A DNA stretch of 64,000 nt from contig AP024596.1 of assembly GCA_019704295.1 (NCBI GenBank), forward strand, positions 192,001 through 256,000, given 5' to 3'. The notes under the pieces are model-generated. The model worked only from the letters and a program-made list of their open reading frames with translations, ran no database searches and had not been told where the DNA came from. This document shows positions 20,904 to 30,967 of this stretch, in pieces. The position numbers and the translations under genes are program-made. This DNA comes from Sulfolobales archaeon HS-7. GTDB lineage: Archaea > Thermoproteota > Thermoprotei_A > Sulfolobales > Sulfolobaceae. How positions within the stretch are numbered: position 1 is the first letter of the stretch; each line of letters starts with the position of its first letter.

Positions 20904-21834
20904 GGGTCCTCACCAGCCTTATCAGTATAGGCATGGCTATTATTGCAGTTACTGACGTCATAGGCAGAATGAATCCGAAAGTCCCTCCCGCGATAACGTT
21001 TGCCAATCCGAGAAGACTTGCTCCTATTAGCGCAGAGTAAATTAGGGACTCGCGAAATCCGTCCGCTCCGGAGTTTCTTGCAATGTGAGGCGCCATCAGC
21101 CCAATGAATCCAATTATTCCTACTTGTGAAACAAGATACGCTATAACAATACTAGTTACCATGAACCATACAATCCTGAAAGCAGAGCTGTTAAGTCCGA
21201 AGGAAGATGAGAGTTCGTCTCCCGCTGAAATCAGATCGAAGCGTCTCTCTGAGGAGATAGCGAAAGCTATGAAACCGAGGGTAATTAGCAGTAGTATTAC
21301 CACCTGCTTGTAGGATTCTACCCCTATTTCCCCAAAAATCCAAAACAGGGGACTGGGTGTGGATGGAAATTTAAGGGCAAGGTACTCTTCAGCTATCATT
21401 AGGCCTGATACGAATGCGAAGTTCACCGTAAGCCCGGCAAAAAGCAAGGCGTTTACAGTTCCTTTTCTGCCCAATAGGAGCGTGATCACCGACGCCAGCA
21501 AGGCGAAGAGAAAGGCGGTGAGGGTTTCATACATAACCGAGGCTATAAGTTCGAAAGGTAAGAGGAAAGACACTACTGCCCCGAAAGAGGCACCTGCAGA
21601 AGTTCCTGAAACATAGGGATCCATAAGTGGGTTCCTGAAGAGGTATTGTAGGATCAGACCTGATACCGCTAGCAAAGCTCCGGCTATGCACGCGAAGAGT
21701 TCAGAAGGAAGCTTGATATACACCGCGATTTTGATGTCTAGAGGTGTAAACGGAGGTAGAGTGTATACGGGCCCCAGAAGGAAGAATAACATGATACTTG
21801 CTACGAGAAGCGCTAGGAATAATAAAACCTTCAT
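20896..21834 (-). CDS. FecCD/BtuC-family permease
   Basis: LFRNPLMDPYVSGTSAGA, GIIGFIGLMAPHIAR. Confidence 0.9.
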   Translation of the reverse strand: MKVLLFLALLVASIMLFFLLGPVYTLPPFTPLDIKIAVYIKLPSELFACIAGALLAVSGLILQYLFRNPLMDPYVSGTSAGASFGAVVSFLLPFELIASVMYETLTAFLFALLASVITLLLGRKGTVNALLFAGLTVNFAFVSGLMIAEEYLALKFPSTPSPLFWIFGEIGVESYKQVVILLLITLGFIAFAISSERRFDLISAGDELSSSFGLNSSAFRIVWFMVTSIVIAYLVSQVGIIGFIGLMAPHIARNSGADGFRESLIYSALIGASLLGLANVIAGGTFGFILPMTSVTAIIAMPILIRLVRTLD

Positions 21835-21840
21835 TACTAC

Positions 21841-21857
21841 TTGGATAGGTTATCCAA
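21841..21857. promoter_or_regulatory. Palindromic operator TTGGATAGGTTATCCAA upstream of the permease gene
   Basis: TTGGATA-N3-TATCCAA, 6 nt upstream of ATG; duplicated at 20219. Confidence 0.65.
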
Positions 21858-22114
21858 CCTAATATATCTTTAGTAGAATTTATCTCAACTGGTTAGAGTG
21901 GTTAGACGATCTCGTCTACTTTATCACTAATCAATTGAATTTCCCTCTTCCAAAATCTGTTAAGGTAGTTTCAATATCCTACCATTCTGTCATGAAAAGA
22001 AAAACTGCTTGGATTTACGAGCAGGGTAATTTATAGCAGGAAATTCTAATAATATGTGGTTACCTTCCTCAACCTTTTCACACCCTTCAAATTTAGCAGG
22101 GGATAACCTTTAGC

Positions 22115-23656
22115 TTAACTTCCTCTTTTCACATCATCTAGCAATGTCATAGCAGCGTTATAACCGGGAGCTCCAGTAACTCCTCCCCCTGGATGCGTGC
22201 CTGCTCCACATAGGTAAAGACCTTTAATGGGCGTCCTATATTTATTCATGAACTCAGTAGGTCTGAAGAAAAGCATCTGATCTGGAGTCATATCCAAGTG
22301 GAATATATTCCCTTCCCATATACCAAACCTCCTCTCTATATCTAAAGGTGTTAATACCTCATATTTTACTGGCCTGAAGTTCGGAGCGTATTCCCTTATT
22401 TCCTCAAGAACTGTTTGATAGATTTCTTCCTTCTTTTCATCTAATTTTCTTGAATACCGTAAATATTGCCCGAATATTGAAAACACGAAGTATCCGGAGG
22501 GAGCTAATGTTTGATCGTTTATATTTAGAATGTTTATTGACAACCAAGGTCTTTTGGAAAACCCAGTTGCTACAGCATCAGCGTAACTCTTCTCCAGGTG
22601 TTCTAGACTGTCTATGATCAGTATGGAAGAACCGTGTTCAGGAGAGAGGTTCTTACCGTGGCCGAAATCCGGGAGTTCCTCTAGATAGCCTACAATTTTA
22701 AAGGAAACTCCTTCAGTCTTTAATGAAGCGATCCTGTTAAGATATCTGGATTCAAGTTCAGCATTCCGCAGCAATTTCAGAAATGTGGTTTTCGGATCTG
22801 CATTAGACAGCACGTATTTTGAATTTATCACCTTACCATTATCGAGCTTTACGCCAACTGCCTTACCGTTATGCACCAAAATTTCGTCAACACGTGTATT
22901 CAAGAAGACGTCAACACCGTTTTCCTTTGCAGCTATCATCAAGGATTGCGTAACGCTCCCCATTCCCCCTTCAGGATACCCCCAGGCACCCTTTACTCCA
23001 TTAACTTCCCCTATAACGTGATGAGCTAAAACGTACGCCGTTCCCGGTGCTGAAGGTGGTGAAAACGTTCCTACTACCGAATCCTCCGCGAGAGCCGATT
23101 TTACCTCCTCGGATTCGAAGTACTCATTAAGCATCGACTTTGCGTCGCTCAAAACTACTCTTAGAAATGAAAGGGAATCCTCTTCATTTCCCATACCTCC
23201 GAAGAGATTTGACAACTGGTCAAGCTGAGGAGGAGGGTTTAACATGAAGATATCCGCTAGGTAAGAGAACTTTTCCCACAAATCGCTCCACTTAGCGTAG
23301 AACTCCGCATCCCTTTTAGAGTATTTCTCTATTTCCCTTTGAGTTTTCTTCAGATCGGACCAGATGTAAAGCCCTCCTTTTGATGTAGGTAAAAAAAGTC
23401 CTGGGTCCTTGATCTTAACCTTAAGTCCCCTTTGGTAAAGGTTAAGATCCTTAATTATCTTAGGTCTAAGAAGACTGAGCACGTAGGCACCAGTTGAGAC
23501 TTTAATTCCTGGCCACAGCTCCTCAGTAGTGCAAGCCCCACCTATGATAGGTCTTCTCTCCAGCACGGCTACCTTCATTCCGTTCATGGCTAAGTATGAG
23601 GCAGCAACTAAACCGTTGTGTCCTCCACCGACTATTATAACATCATATGAACTCAT
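22115..23656 (-). CDS. Phytoene dehydrogenase-like FAD oxidoreductase (PYROXD2-like)
   Basis: GGGHNGLVAA, IGGAC, WGYPEGGMG, GNIFH, LYLCGAGTHPGGGVTGAPG. Confidence 0.88.
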   Translation of the reverse strand: MSSYDVIIVGGGHNGLVAASYLAMNGMKVAVLERRPIIGGACTTEELWPGIKVSTGAYVLSLLRPKIIKDLNLYQRGLKVKIKDPGLFLPTSKGGLYIWSDLKKTQREIEKYSKRDAEFYAKWSDLWEKFSYLADIFMLNPPPQLDQLSNLFGGMGNEEDSLSFLRVVLSDAKSMLNEYFESEEVKSALAEDSVVGTFSPPSAPGTAYVLAHHVIGEVNGVKGAWGYPEGGMGSVTQSLMIAAKENGVDVFLNTRVDEILVHNGKAVGVKLDNGKVINSKYVLSNADPKTTFLKLLRNAELESRYLNRIASLKTEGVSFKIVGYLEELPDFGHGKNLSPEHGSSILIIDSLEHLEKSYADAVATGFSKRPWLSINILNINDQTLAPSGYFVFSIFGQYLRYSRKLDEKKEEIYQTVLEEIREYAPNFRPVKYEVLTPLDIERRFGIWEGNIFHLDMTPDQMLFFRPTEFMNKYRTPIKGLYLCGAGTHPGGGVTGAPGYNAAMTLLDDVKRGS

Positions 23657-24009
23657 TTGATATGATAATTAGAACCAGTTTTAAAGAGTTGAGGATTGAA
23701 ACCTTTTTATTAAAGAGACAGCGCGGCTAAAACAACGTCCCTTTACTTTAGTAGCTATCACTTATTTCCAAGAATACTCACTAACTACACTGACCATATG
23801 AGGACATTTATTCACATTCATTGTACTTCTTAAAAGAGACGAAATTTAATAAAAGAATCAAGGTGAACGCAATTGAACTGAGCGTACTTGCCTTATATCA
23901 AATCGTAATAGTCTAGAAATCGTAATAGTTTAGCGAAATTAATTTACAGGGGACAGGCGAACAACACTTAAAGAATTATCCAAGGCCGTTCTGACTATTT
24001 CCCTGTCAT

Positions 24010-24717
24010 ATGGATATCATGAAAGCCCTCGTTACTTATTCCGCTAATGAAATGCACCGAGTTCAAAACTCCGAACTTAAAGCTGTGGTTAAAAAGGTCC
24101 CCTTATACATTCCATTAATGATCCCAATATTTCAATCGTATTTCAATGAAGATGTGTTTTACTTAGTCTACATCGTCGTATTCGGCACCGACCTTATCGT
24201 TACTTACGGTATTAGATTGATGAGAAGGAAAGCGGGAGTCAAGAAAGTGGAGTACTCGACTTTTTTCCTCTTCATAGGAACGTTATTTTTAATTATATTT
24301 CTCTCTTACCTCTTTGGTTACTACTCTTATTTCACAGGAGTGGGAGAGTTACCCCTGGAGTTCTTATATGTTGGAATTTTCCTAATGATAGTAGGAGAGG
24401 CCTTCAGGATGTGGGGGATACTCACCCTTGGCAAGTACTTTTCCCCAGTAGTTACGGTCTACTCTGATCATAGAGTCATAACTCAGGGACCGTATAAGCT
24501 GGTCAGGCATCCGGCGTATGGAGGGACTATCATTCTGCTTTTAGGGGTGACCTTATCCTTAAGAAGTATTATCTCTCTGCTCTCGATCTTAATTGTAGTT
24601 GCCTTATATAACTACAGGGCAAACCTGGAGGAGAGTCTATTAACAGAGAATTTAGGAGAGGAGTACGTTAACTATAAGATTAAGGTAAGGAAGAAGTTCA
24701 TTCCTTATCTGTTCTAG
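24010..24717 (+). CDS. Isoprenylcysteine carboxyl methyltransferase (ICMT/Ste14) family membrane protein; start uncertain
   Basis: TLGKYFS, HRVITQGPYKLVRHPAY, EESLL..GEEY..Y. Confidence 0.85.
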   Translation: MDIMKALVTYSANEMHRVQNSELKAVVKKVPLYIPLMIPIFQSYFNEDVFYLVYIVVFGTDLIVTYGIRLMRRKAGVKKVEYSTFFLFIGTLFLIIFLSYLFGYYSYFTGVGELPLEFLYVGIFLMIVGEAFRMWGILTLGKYFSPVVTVYSDHRVITQGPYKLVRHPAYGGTIILLLGVTLSLRSIISLLSILIVVALYNYRANLEESLLTENLGEEYVNYKIKVRKKFIPYLF

Positions 24718-24829
24718 GAGTTCTTATGGGGGTATTATCGTAGTCTTCGAGTTAGCTTGATTATTTTATAGAGAAGTTACACTAATAAAATTCATAGAGC
24801 AACACTTTTGGTGAAACAACACTGATAAT

Positions 24830-25654
24830 TTGCCACTGAGAGCTAACAGTTATTATAATGACAAATGTGATGATAGTTCCATGGGGATACGGAAGGCTTA
24901 CTTGCATGATATTAAGGCTATGAGTCTGGTGTGGAGCGAAGCGATAAATTCAATTAATTTAAACGCTATTGAGAACACCTTTAACCTTTTCATAAAGTTA
25001 GGGGAATGTCTGGTGATAGATGAAAGTCAAGGAATAATAGCGACCTCCTGTTTCATCCCTTACGTTAACTCGTCTTGGATTGGAAATGTGGGAGTTAGCA
25101 AAAACTATCAACGAAGAGGTTACGGAAGGAAGTTGATGATTGAATTATTGAACAGAATAAGAACATCAGTTACAGGACTTGATGCAACGGAGGCTGGTTT
25201 CCCTCTTTACAGGGAACTTGGATTCAGGGAAGTTTATAATACGGTGATATACAATATCTCAGAAGTAGGAGAACAAGAGGTTAATGTAGGAGATCGGCTA
25301 GAGAGATGGATGCTAGAACTCGATAAAGAGGCATTCGGGGACGACAGATCGTTGCTTTTACAAGAACTAGTAATGTCTGGAGGAAAAGTAATTTCTTTAA
25401 GAGAAGGTTTTGGTATCATATATCAGAACGTATTGGGTCCGCTAATAGCAACCGACGAGGAGATAGCGGAAAGGCTGATTAGGGGGAGCGTCAGATTAGG
25501 AACTAGGACGATCATAACTCTGGAGGATAAAGGGAAGTTTTTAGCTGATATTGGAGGTAAGAAAACCCAATATGGATGCATTAGAATGATGAGAGGTAAG
25601 GAAATCGGGAATAAGAAACTTCTATGGTCGATTTTCAGATGGGCGTTCGGATGA
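24830..25654 (+). CDS. GNAT N-acetyltransferase (tandem-domain type); likely start ATG 24881
   Basis: WIGNVGVSKNYQRRGYG, LDATEAGFPLYRELGF, LDKEAFGDDR. Confidence 0.85.
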   Translation: MPLRANSYYNDKCDDSSMGIRKAYLHDIKAMSLVWSEAINSINLNAIENTFNLFIKLGECLVIDESQGIIATSCFIPYVNSSWIGNVGVSKNYQRRGYGRKLMIELLNRIRTSVTGLDATEAGFPLYRELGFREVYNTVIYNISEVGEQEVNVGDRLERWMLELDKEAFGDDRSLLLQELVMSGGKVISLREGFGIIYQNVLGPLIATDEEIAERLIRGSVRLGTRTIITLEDKGKFLADIGGKKTQYGCIRMMRGKEIGNKKLLWSIFRWAFG

Positions 25655-25891
25655 ACGCTCGGATAAATAGGCGTCTCATTGTATTATAGGACGAGCTATA
25701 TTTTCATAAGATAGCGAACCATAACTCGGAATCTTCTTGAGATATTATAGACAATTGTCTATATACCGTTGTGTCACCTATATTTAAGCCTAGCAGACAA
25801 TAATGTACTTATGATGAGCACTACACACAAAAGAGATATATCACTTGACGAGTACCTCACTCTAATGGCAGTGGAGATCTGAATGTAAACT

Positions 25892-26620
25892 TCATTTGAG
25901 GATTTCACTTTTAATTTTATTTATTAATTTTTTCTTAACGTTTAAGATCTCCTCAGAATTATACCTTCCGAGTTCGGTTATGAACTCATGGAAGGCGGAT
26001 AAGGGCGTTAAATCGAACAAAGGTATTCTAACTCCCCTAAGCTCCACTTCATGGAAATCCGGTGAAGGACCGTCTGATACCTTGAAGGATTCAAGTACAG
26101 CTATCTTCTTTCCAGGGAAGATCTTAGAAAGTACTTTTGTTCCTATTTTATTTACTAAGCCGTCAGTGTATACCCCATCTGCTCCTACAACCATGCACTC
26201 AATCCCCGACGAGAAGTACTCCATAGTCAGGTCTGGTACAAGAATAACCTCAGCGTATCTTGAGTATTCGTTGTATGCCATCTCAGTTTCATTACCAGGC
26301 TTTGACTCTAGAAGAACGACTCTTTTTATGCCGTTTTTTATTGCATGTAATACAGCATTACTGTAACTTATCGTAATCGCACTAGTACACCCAGTAGGGG
26401 GAAAAACTATGTTCTTAGCATAAGATTTAAGGTAGTTTAATCCGCTAGGTCCGAAGTTTTCATATACTTCTACTACTGTTTGGATGGAGGCCATACCCCT
26501 CCTCACTGTGAGTAATTCGCTAAAATTCCCTCCTTTCTCCAGGTAATCAATGGATTTAATTAAATACCACGAGGCACCGTGAACGTAATCTTCTTTCATC
26601 TCCTTTATGATCTCACTCAA
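25892..26620 (-). CDS. eIF-2B alpha/beta/delta-like family protein
   Basis: VHGAS, TISYS, LESKPG, VGADGV..GLVNKIGT, FDLTP, ITELG. Confidence 0.82.
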   Translation of the reverse strand: MSEIIKEMKEDYVHGASWYLIKSIDYLEKGGNFSELLTVRRGMASIQTVVEVYENFGPSGLNYLKSYAKNIVFPPTGCTSAITISYSNAVLHAIKNGIKRVVLLESKPGNETEMAYNEYSRYAEVILVPDLTMEYFSSGIECMVVGADGVYTDGLVNKIGTKVLSKIFPGKKIAVLESFKVSDGPSPDFHEVELRGVRIPLFDLTPLSAFHEFITELGRYNSEEILNVKKKLINKIKSEILK

Positions 26621-27875
26621 GGAGTTTCACGAGATACTTCATCTGGTTTATAATAATCTGGTAATCGTCTTTCCTTATATTCTCATTGAATGAGTGAATA
26701 TTCGAATCGTAACTATCAACGCCCACCCCGTCAGCAATTTCGGTAATACCCGTGTACTTAGCAACAGCTGCCATGGGTCCTGTTCCCGGACTATTCGGCC
26801 AGATCACAGGTTCAGTTGCATACGCTCTAAGAGCAGACTCCCTTACCGCCTTAGCGAAAAAGCTTGTTGGTGAAGTCCTGAAGGGTTCTTCCATACCGTA
26901 AACTACAACCTCCCCTCCCCATTTTTCAGCCAAGGGTTTCAAGGTCTCAAGTACCTCCTCCGGTGACATATCTGGTACCAGCCTGAAGTCCATTTTTACG
27001 AAACAGTAGGATGGTATTACCGTCTTACTACCCTGTCCCGTATATCCGCCGAAAATTCCCGCTATGTTACACGTGGGTTCCTCGACTAACTTCACGGGGA
27101 AATCATTGGGTATGCTTTGACCTAACGCTTCCTCCATCTTCCCCTTATCGAGTTTAAGTAATGACTTCTTCTGTTCCTCGCTTATTCTCCTTACCTTTGA
27201 GTAAAATCCAGTTAGGTTAACTTTTTCGTCTTTTTTCAACTCGTTTAAAAATGACGTCATTCTCCATACCGGATTGTCGGCTATCGGAGCGTACATTGAA
27301 TGCAGGTCCTTTGCCGTTTTGAACCTTATCTCGACGTAGAGAAGACCTTTAACTCCCAGGACGATCTGTGGGGAGTTATTCGACGCTCTTCCTGCTCCCT
27401 CCCATAAAAGGAAATCTCCTTTTATTACTTCGGCGTGCTTTTCCAGAAACTTTTTCATGTTAGGACTCCCTATTTCCTCCTCTCCCTCATAGAAGAAGAT
27501 CACGTTAGTCCTAAGAGTTCCTTCCTTAATCATATCCCTTACGGCCTGAAGTCTGGCTAGAAGGGTTCCCTTATCATCGGCAACTCCCCTTGCGTATATT
27601 CTATCTCCTTTTGTCACCGGATCGAAGGGGTTTGAGTCCCATTTATCCAATTCCTCCGCTGGTTGTACGTCGTAATGGTTATACACAACTAGAGTCCTCT
27701 TCCCCCCTACGTTGATTTTTCCAATTACATACGGATTGGGATTTTCCGGAATCTCCATGACATCCGCTTTTAACTCCAGTAGCTTGTCTCTGAGGAATTT
27801 GCCTGCCTCTTTTCCCTTACCTTTAGCTGAGGTTGAGTCCAGTTTGAGGAAATCAAATAGTTCGGAGAAATCCAA
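26613..27875 (-). CDS. M20/M25/M40 metallopeptidase
   Basis: YNHYDVQP, ARGVADDKG, EGEEEIGS, DLHS, IHSFNE. Confidence 0.9.
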   Translation of the reverse strand: MDFSELFDFLKLDSTSAKGKGKEAGKFLRDKLLELKADVMEIPENPNPYVIGKINVGGKRTLVVYNHYDVQPAEELDKWDSNPFDPVTKGDRIYARGVADDKGTLLARLQAVRDMIKEGTLRTNVIFFYEGEEEIGSPNMKKFLEKHAEVIKGDFLLWEGAGRASNNSPQIVLGVKGLLYVEIRFKTAKDLHSMYAPIADNPVWRMTSFLNELKKDEKVNLTGFYSKVRRISEEQKKSLLKLDKGKMEEALGQSIPNDFPVKLVEEPTCNIAGIFGGYTGQGSKTVIPSYCFVKMDFRLVPDMSPEEVLETLKPLAEKWGGEVVVYGMEEPFRTSPTSFFAKAVRESALRAYATEPVIWPNSPGTGPMAAVAKYTGITEIADGVGVDSYDSNIHSFNENIRKDDYQIIINQMKYLVKLLE

Positions 27876-27876
27876 C

Positions 27877-30207
27877 TTACTTTCCCCTTAACTTGAGGAC
27901 TATATCCAGCATTTCCAATCCCGTCTTTATCCCTATCGTTGCCTCGGGCATATCCAGTGAGGTAAAGAATTTCCTCACCTCGTCTTCTTTAACCAATCCT
28001 AGGTAGGGGATCGCATAACCTAAGCTCCGCGCTAAGATGCCAGTAGCGTGGTACATTGCTCTTAACGTATCGAAATTGGCCTTTAACCACCTCCACGCCA
28101 CGTCCCTTCCGTGAGGATTGGAGGCCGCCTCCATGAAGTACCTAAATGCATCCTGTTTCTTAACCTCGCCAGAGAGGAGATATCCCAGGGCTAACGCTAA
28201 ATCCACTTTGTTTTTAGTGTTCATTAAACCGGCGAGGATCCTATTCCTATCCTCGTCCCCTATTGACTTCTTATACATCGATACTAACTTATCGTAAGGT
28301 TCATCCCCTGAGATGGCGTAACCGTTTACAATTGCCCTCCTTAATGCGGGTTCAGTTGTAAAGTACTCATCTATACTACTTGCCATCTCCTTCGCGTACT
28401 CCTCGTCTACTAAGGCTAGTCTCTGTGCTACTACTCCTTTGAACATCTTGCTGTTCTCGTCAGTTTTCCCCTCAAGTCGATTTAATTGATTTCTGTGGAA
28501 CTTAATGTAAACGTCCTTAACTTTTTCAGGAAATATTGCGTAGAGTGATGACAGCTGATCCGATAGAGTCCATGCAGGTAACCAATCGTCCTCACTTATC
28601 TCCTTTTCTACTACGGAAAGGTACTCCCTAAGGGAAACTCCTCCTTGATAGAGGAGTCCCATAATGTCCACTAGAACATTCCACCTGTCTTCTGGGGTTT
28701 TACATGAGGCTAGGGCAGCTTCAAAATTTGGATATTTGACTCTATAGAATCCCACTCCTCCTGCGTTTAACTTATACGGACGCTTGACAACGATCTTTTT
28801 CTCCTTCTCCTCGAGTAGAGTCGCGTGGAATTCCCCATCCGAGTAATAAGTTAGGGGGATAGGCCACACGTCATCCGTGTCCCCCTTGTAGAGGAATCTC
28901 CTTTGAGAAAGGTGAAGCTCATCCCCATCTTCCCTCACCGTTATGATAGGATGTCCAGCTTTAGTAATCCACTCGGTCATAATTTTGCTAACCGGCTTTC
29001 CTGAAGCCTTCTCCAAACTTTCCCATAATTCCCTGGCTTCGGCGTTAGAGAACTTATGTGAGTTCAGGTAGAGTCTAATTCCCTTCTTAAAGTCCTCTTC
29101 TCCTAAGTAACTCTCAATCATTCTTAAAACGCTTGCCCCTTTACCGTAACTTATTGCGTCAAAGATTTGTTCCAGCTCCTCCTCTTGCTTTACGTCAACG
29201 TGAATGGGATGAGTGGTCGTCAGGGAATCCCTGGCAAAAGCTCCACCCGTCTCGCTCATCATGAACTCCTTCCACGGAGTCCAATCGGGATATAGCGTCG
29301 ATATGGCCTTATAGCTCATAAAGGTGGCAAAGCTTTCGTTTAGCCAGAGATCGTCCCACCACTTCATCGTAACGAGATCCCCGAACCACTGATGAGCTAT
29401 TTCGTGAGCGACGACCTCAGCAACTCTTCTCCTGTTTAACTCCGCCGTGTTCTCGTCCACGAGTAACGCTGTTTCCCTGAATGTTATTGCTCCCCAGTTC
29501 TCCATGGCTCCCGCAGCGAACTCGGGAACGGCTATGAGATGCATCTTGGGTAGTTGATACGGAATCCCGTAATAATTCTCGTAAAATTGTATTACCCTCT
29601 TCGCAACCTCTAGAGCGAATTTCCCCTTATTTGCTAGACCTGGAGGCGTTGCTACCGTTATCTCCCTTTCACCGAGCTTATCAGATATTGTGTCGAACTT
29701 GCCGATTCCCAAATAGAGCAAATAGGTCGACATGGGAGGGGTATCGTGGAATAGGACGGTCTTTAAGTTTCCCTCTTCTCTCACCTCTTTCACTGGCATG
29801 TTAGAAATCACGTCGAGTTCCTTGGATACTCTTACAGAAAGCGAGAAGACGGCTTTTATCCCAGGTCTATCAATGCATGGAAACATCCTCCTAGCTCCTA
29901 TAGCTTCAAACTGGGTGGAGAACATGTAACCTCCCTTGTAGGGAGCCTTATAGAATCCCATCAAGTAGCTGGTAACGCTTCCGTCGAACTCAACTTCTAC
30001 TTCTTTCTCAACCTGTGTCTCCGCTACCAACTTCTTCCCGTCATATGAGAACTTAACTTCCTTCCCATCCACCTTTACGTTCTTTATGGCGAGGTCTACG
30101 GCATCAAATTCAACCTTTTCTCCTTTCATCTCAACCTTCACTCTACCTGAGTAAATTGCCTTCTCGAAGTTTACGTCTAGAAATAAATCGTATTTGCTAA
30201 CTTGCAT
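27877..30207 (-). CDS. M1 aminopeptidase (tricorn-interacting factor F2/F3 or leucyl aminopeptidase type)
   Basis: TQFE, GAMEN, HEIAH-x18-E (WWDDLWLNESFA), ISYGKG. Confidence 0.93.
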   Translation of the reverse strand: MQVSKYDLFLDVNFEKAIYSGRVKVEMKGEKVEFDAVDLAIKNVKVDGKEVKFSYDGKKLVAETQVEKEVEVEFDGSVTSYLMGFYKAPYKGGYMFSTQFEAIGARRMFPCIDRPGIKAVFSLSVRVSKELDVISNMPVKEVREEGNLKTVLFHDTPPMSTYLLYLGIGKFDTISDKLGEREITVATPPGLANKGKFALEVAKRVIQFYENYYGIPYQLPKMHLIAVPEFAAGAMENWGAITFRETALLVDENTAELNRRRVAEVVAHEIAHQWFGDLVTMKWWDDLWLNESFATFMSYKAISTLYPDWTPWKEFMMSETGGAFARDSLTTTHPIHVDVKQEEELEQIFDAISYGKGASVLRMIESYLGEEDFKKGIRLYLNSHKFSNAEARELWESLEKASGKPVSKIMTEWITKAGHPIITVREDGDELHLSQRRFLYKGDTDDVWPIPLTYYSDGEFHATLLEEKEKKIVVKRPYKLNAGGVGFYRVKYPNFEAALASCKTPEDRWNVLVDIMGLLYQGGVSLREYLSVVEKEISEDDWLPAWTLSDQLSSLYAIFPEKVKDVYIKFHRNQLNRLEGKTDENSKMFKGVVAQRLALVDEEYAKEMASSIDEYFTTEPALRRAIVNGYAISGDEPYDKLVSMYKKSIGDEDRNRILAGLMNTKNKVDLALALGYLLSGEVKKQDAFRYFMEAASNPHGRDVAWRWLKANFDTLRAMYHATGILARSLGYAIPYLGLVKEDEVRKFFTSLDMPEATIGIKTGLEMLDIVLKLRGK

Positions 30208-30244
30208 AAGCGTGTATATCCAGTATGAATAAAAGTTTAAGGAA

Positions 30245-30377
30245 GGATTTAGGCTTCATAGGATTTCATGACATCTCAATCCTGAGCCTGGAGTTCATTA
30301 AAGTCGCAGAGCTTTGTTCACTTGTCCCTTTAGGAACAACCCGCGCCTGTTCGTGAATATGGGGAAATCCCTACATC
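30245..30377 (-). mobile_element. Orphan IS607 right-end / tnpB 3' (omegaRNA-region) remnant
   Basis: Reverse complement GATGTAGGGATTTCCCCATAT...GCGACTTTAATGAACTCCAGG...GTCATGAAATCCTATGAAGCCTAAATCC aligns with 6773-6937. Confidence 0.75.
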
Positions 30378-30527
30378 GGGTGGTTTACGTCCCCTTTGCG
30401 AACTCAGTTTAATTCAGTAACAAATTTTATTCGATACTACCGCAATGACCAGGTATTTACCCTCAACAATTTACTGTATTTGTTCTTTCTCATAAATTAC
30501 AATTCCAAAGAAACATCGTATCGCTCC
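30378..30527 (-). mobile_element. MITE (subtype A), copy M8
   Basis: Reverse complement contains AATTGTAATTTATG..AAATACAGTAAATTGTT and AAACTGAGTTCGCAAAGGGGACGTAAAC. Confidence 0.75.
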
Positions 30528-30594
30528 ACATCCCGTTAAGTCCTGGAAATTCCGCAAAGCCTAAAAAATATCGTTTAACATTAAATTTACCCTT

Positions 30595-30960
30595 TCATTT
30601 CATGATCTCTTTTAACGGAATAGCGTTAGCCTTCCTTATTAACTCTCTATCTTCTGATACTAAAACAAGTCCTTTTGATTCGGCAGAATACACATATGCA
30701 GCGTCGTAAAAAGTTAATCCCCTCTCTGAGGCGACTTTCATTACTTCTTCCAATGGAGGATCTTCCAGGACTTTAAGTTCTCTCATGAACTTTTGAAAAA
30801 GTTTAGCTACTGAAACAGGATCTTTAATCCTTTTATGCATATAGTACTCTTTCCATATTACGTTTCCCACTTCGTAGAAAGTCAAAGTTAATATGTACAC
30901 ATTATTTACATCAATTTTATCAACGTAATTCAGAATAGGGTATAAAGCGGACGTATCCAA
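30595..30960 (-). CDS. vapC: VapC PIN-domain toxin; canonical start apparently mutated (ACG at 30978)
   Basis: (FLL)DTSA, YEVGNVIWK, LTFYDAAY, LVSEDREL. Confidence 0.85.
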   Translation of the reverse strand: MDTSALYPILNYVDKIDVNNVYILTLTFYEVGNVIWKEYYMHKRIKDPVSVAKLFQKFMRELKVLEDPPLEEVMKVASERGLTFYDAAYVYSAESKGLVLVSEDRELIRKANAIPLKEIMK

Positions 30961-30967
30961 TAGGAAT

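Noticed and set aside
23900-23933. 17-bp tandem repeat AAATCGTAATAGT(C/T)TAG
   Set aside because: Two copies only, not palindromic; likely slippage
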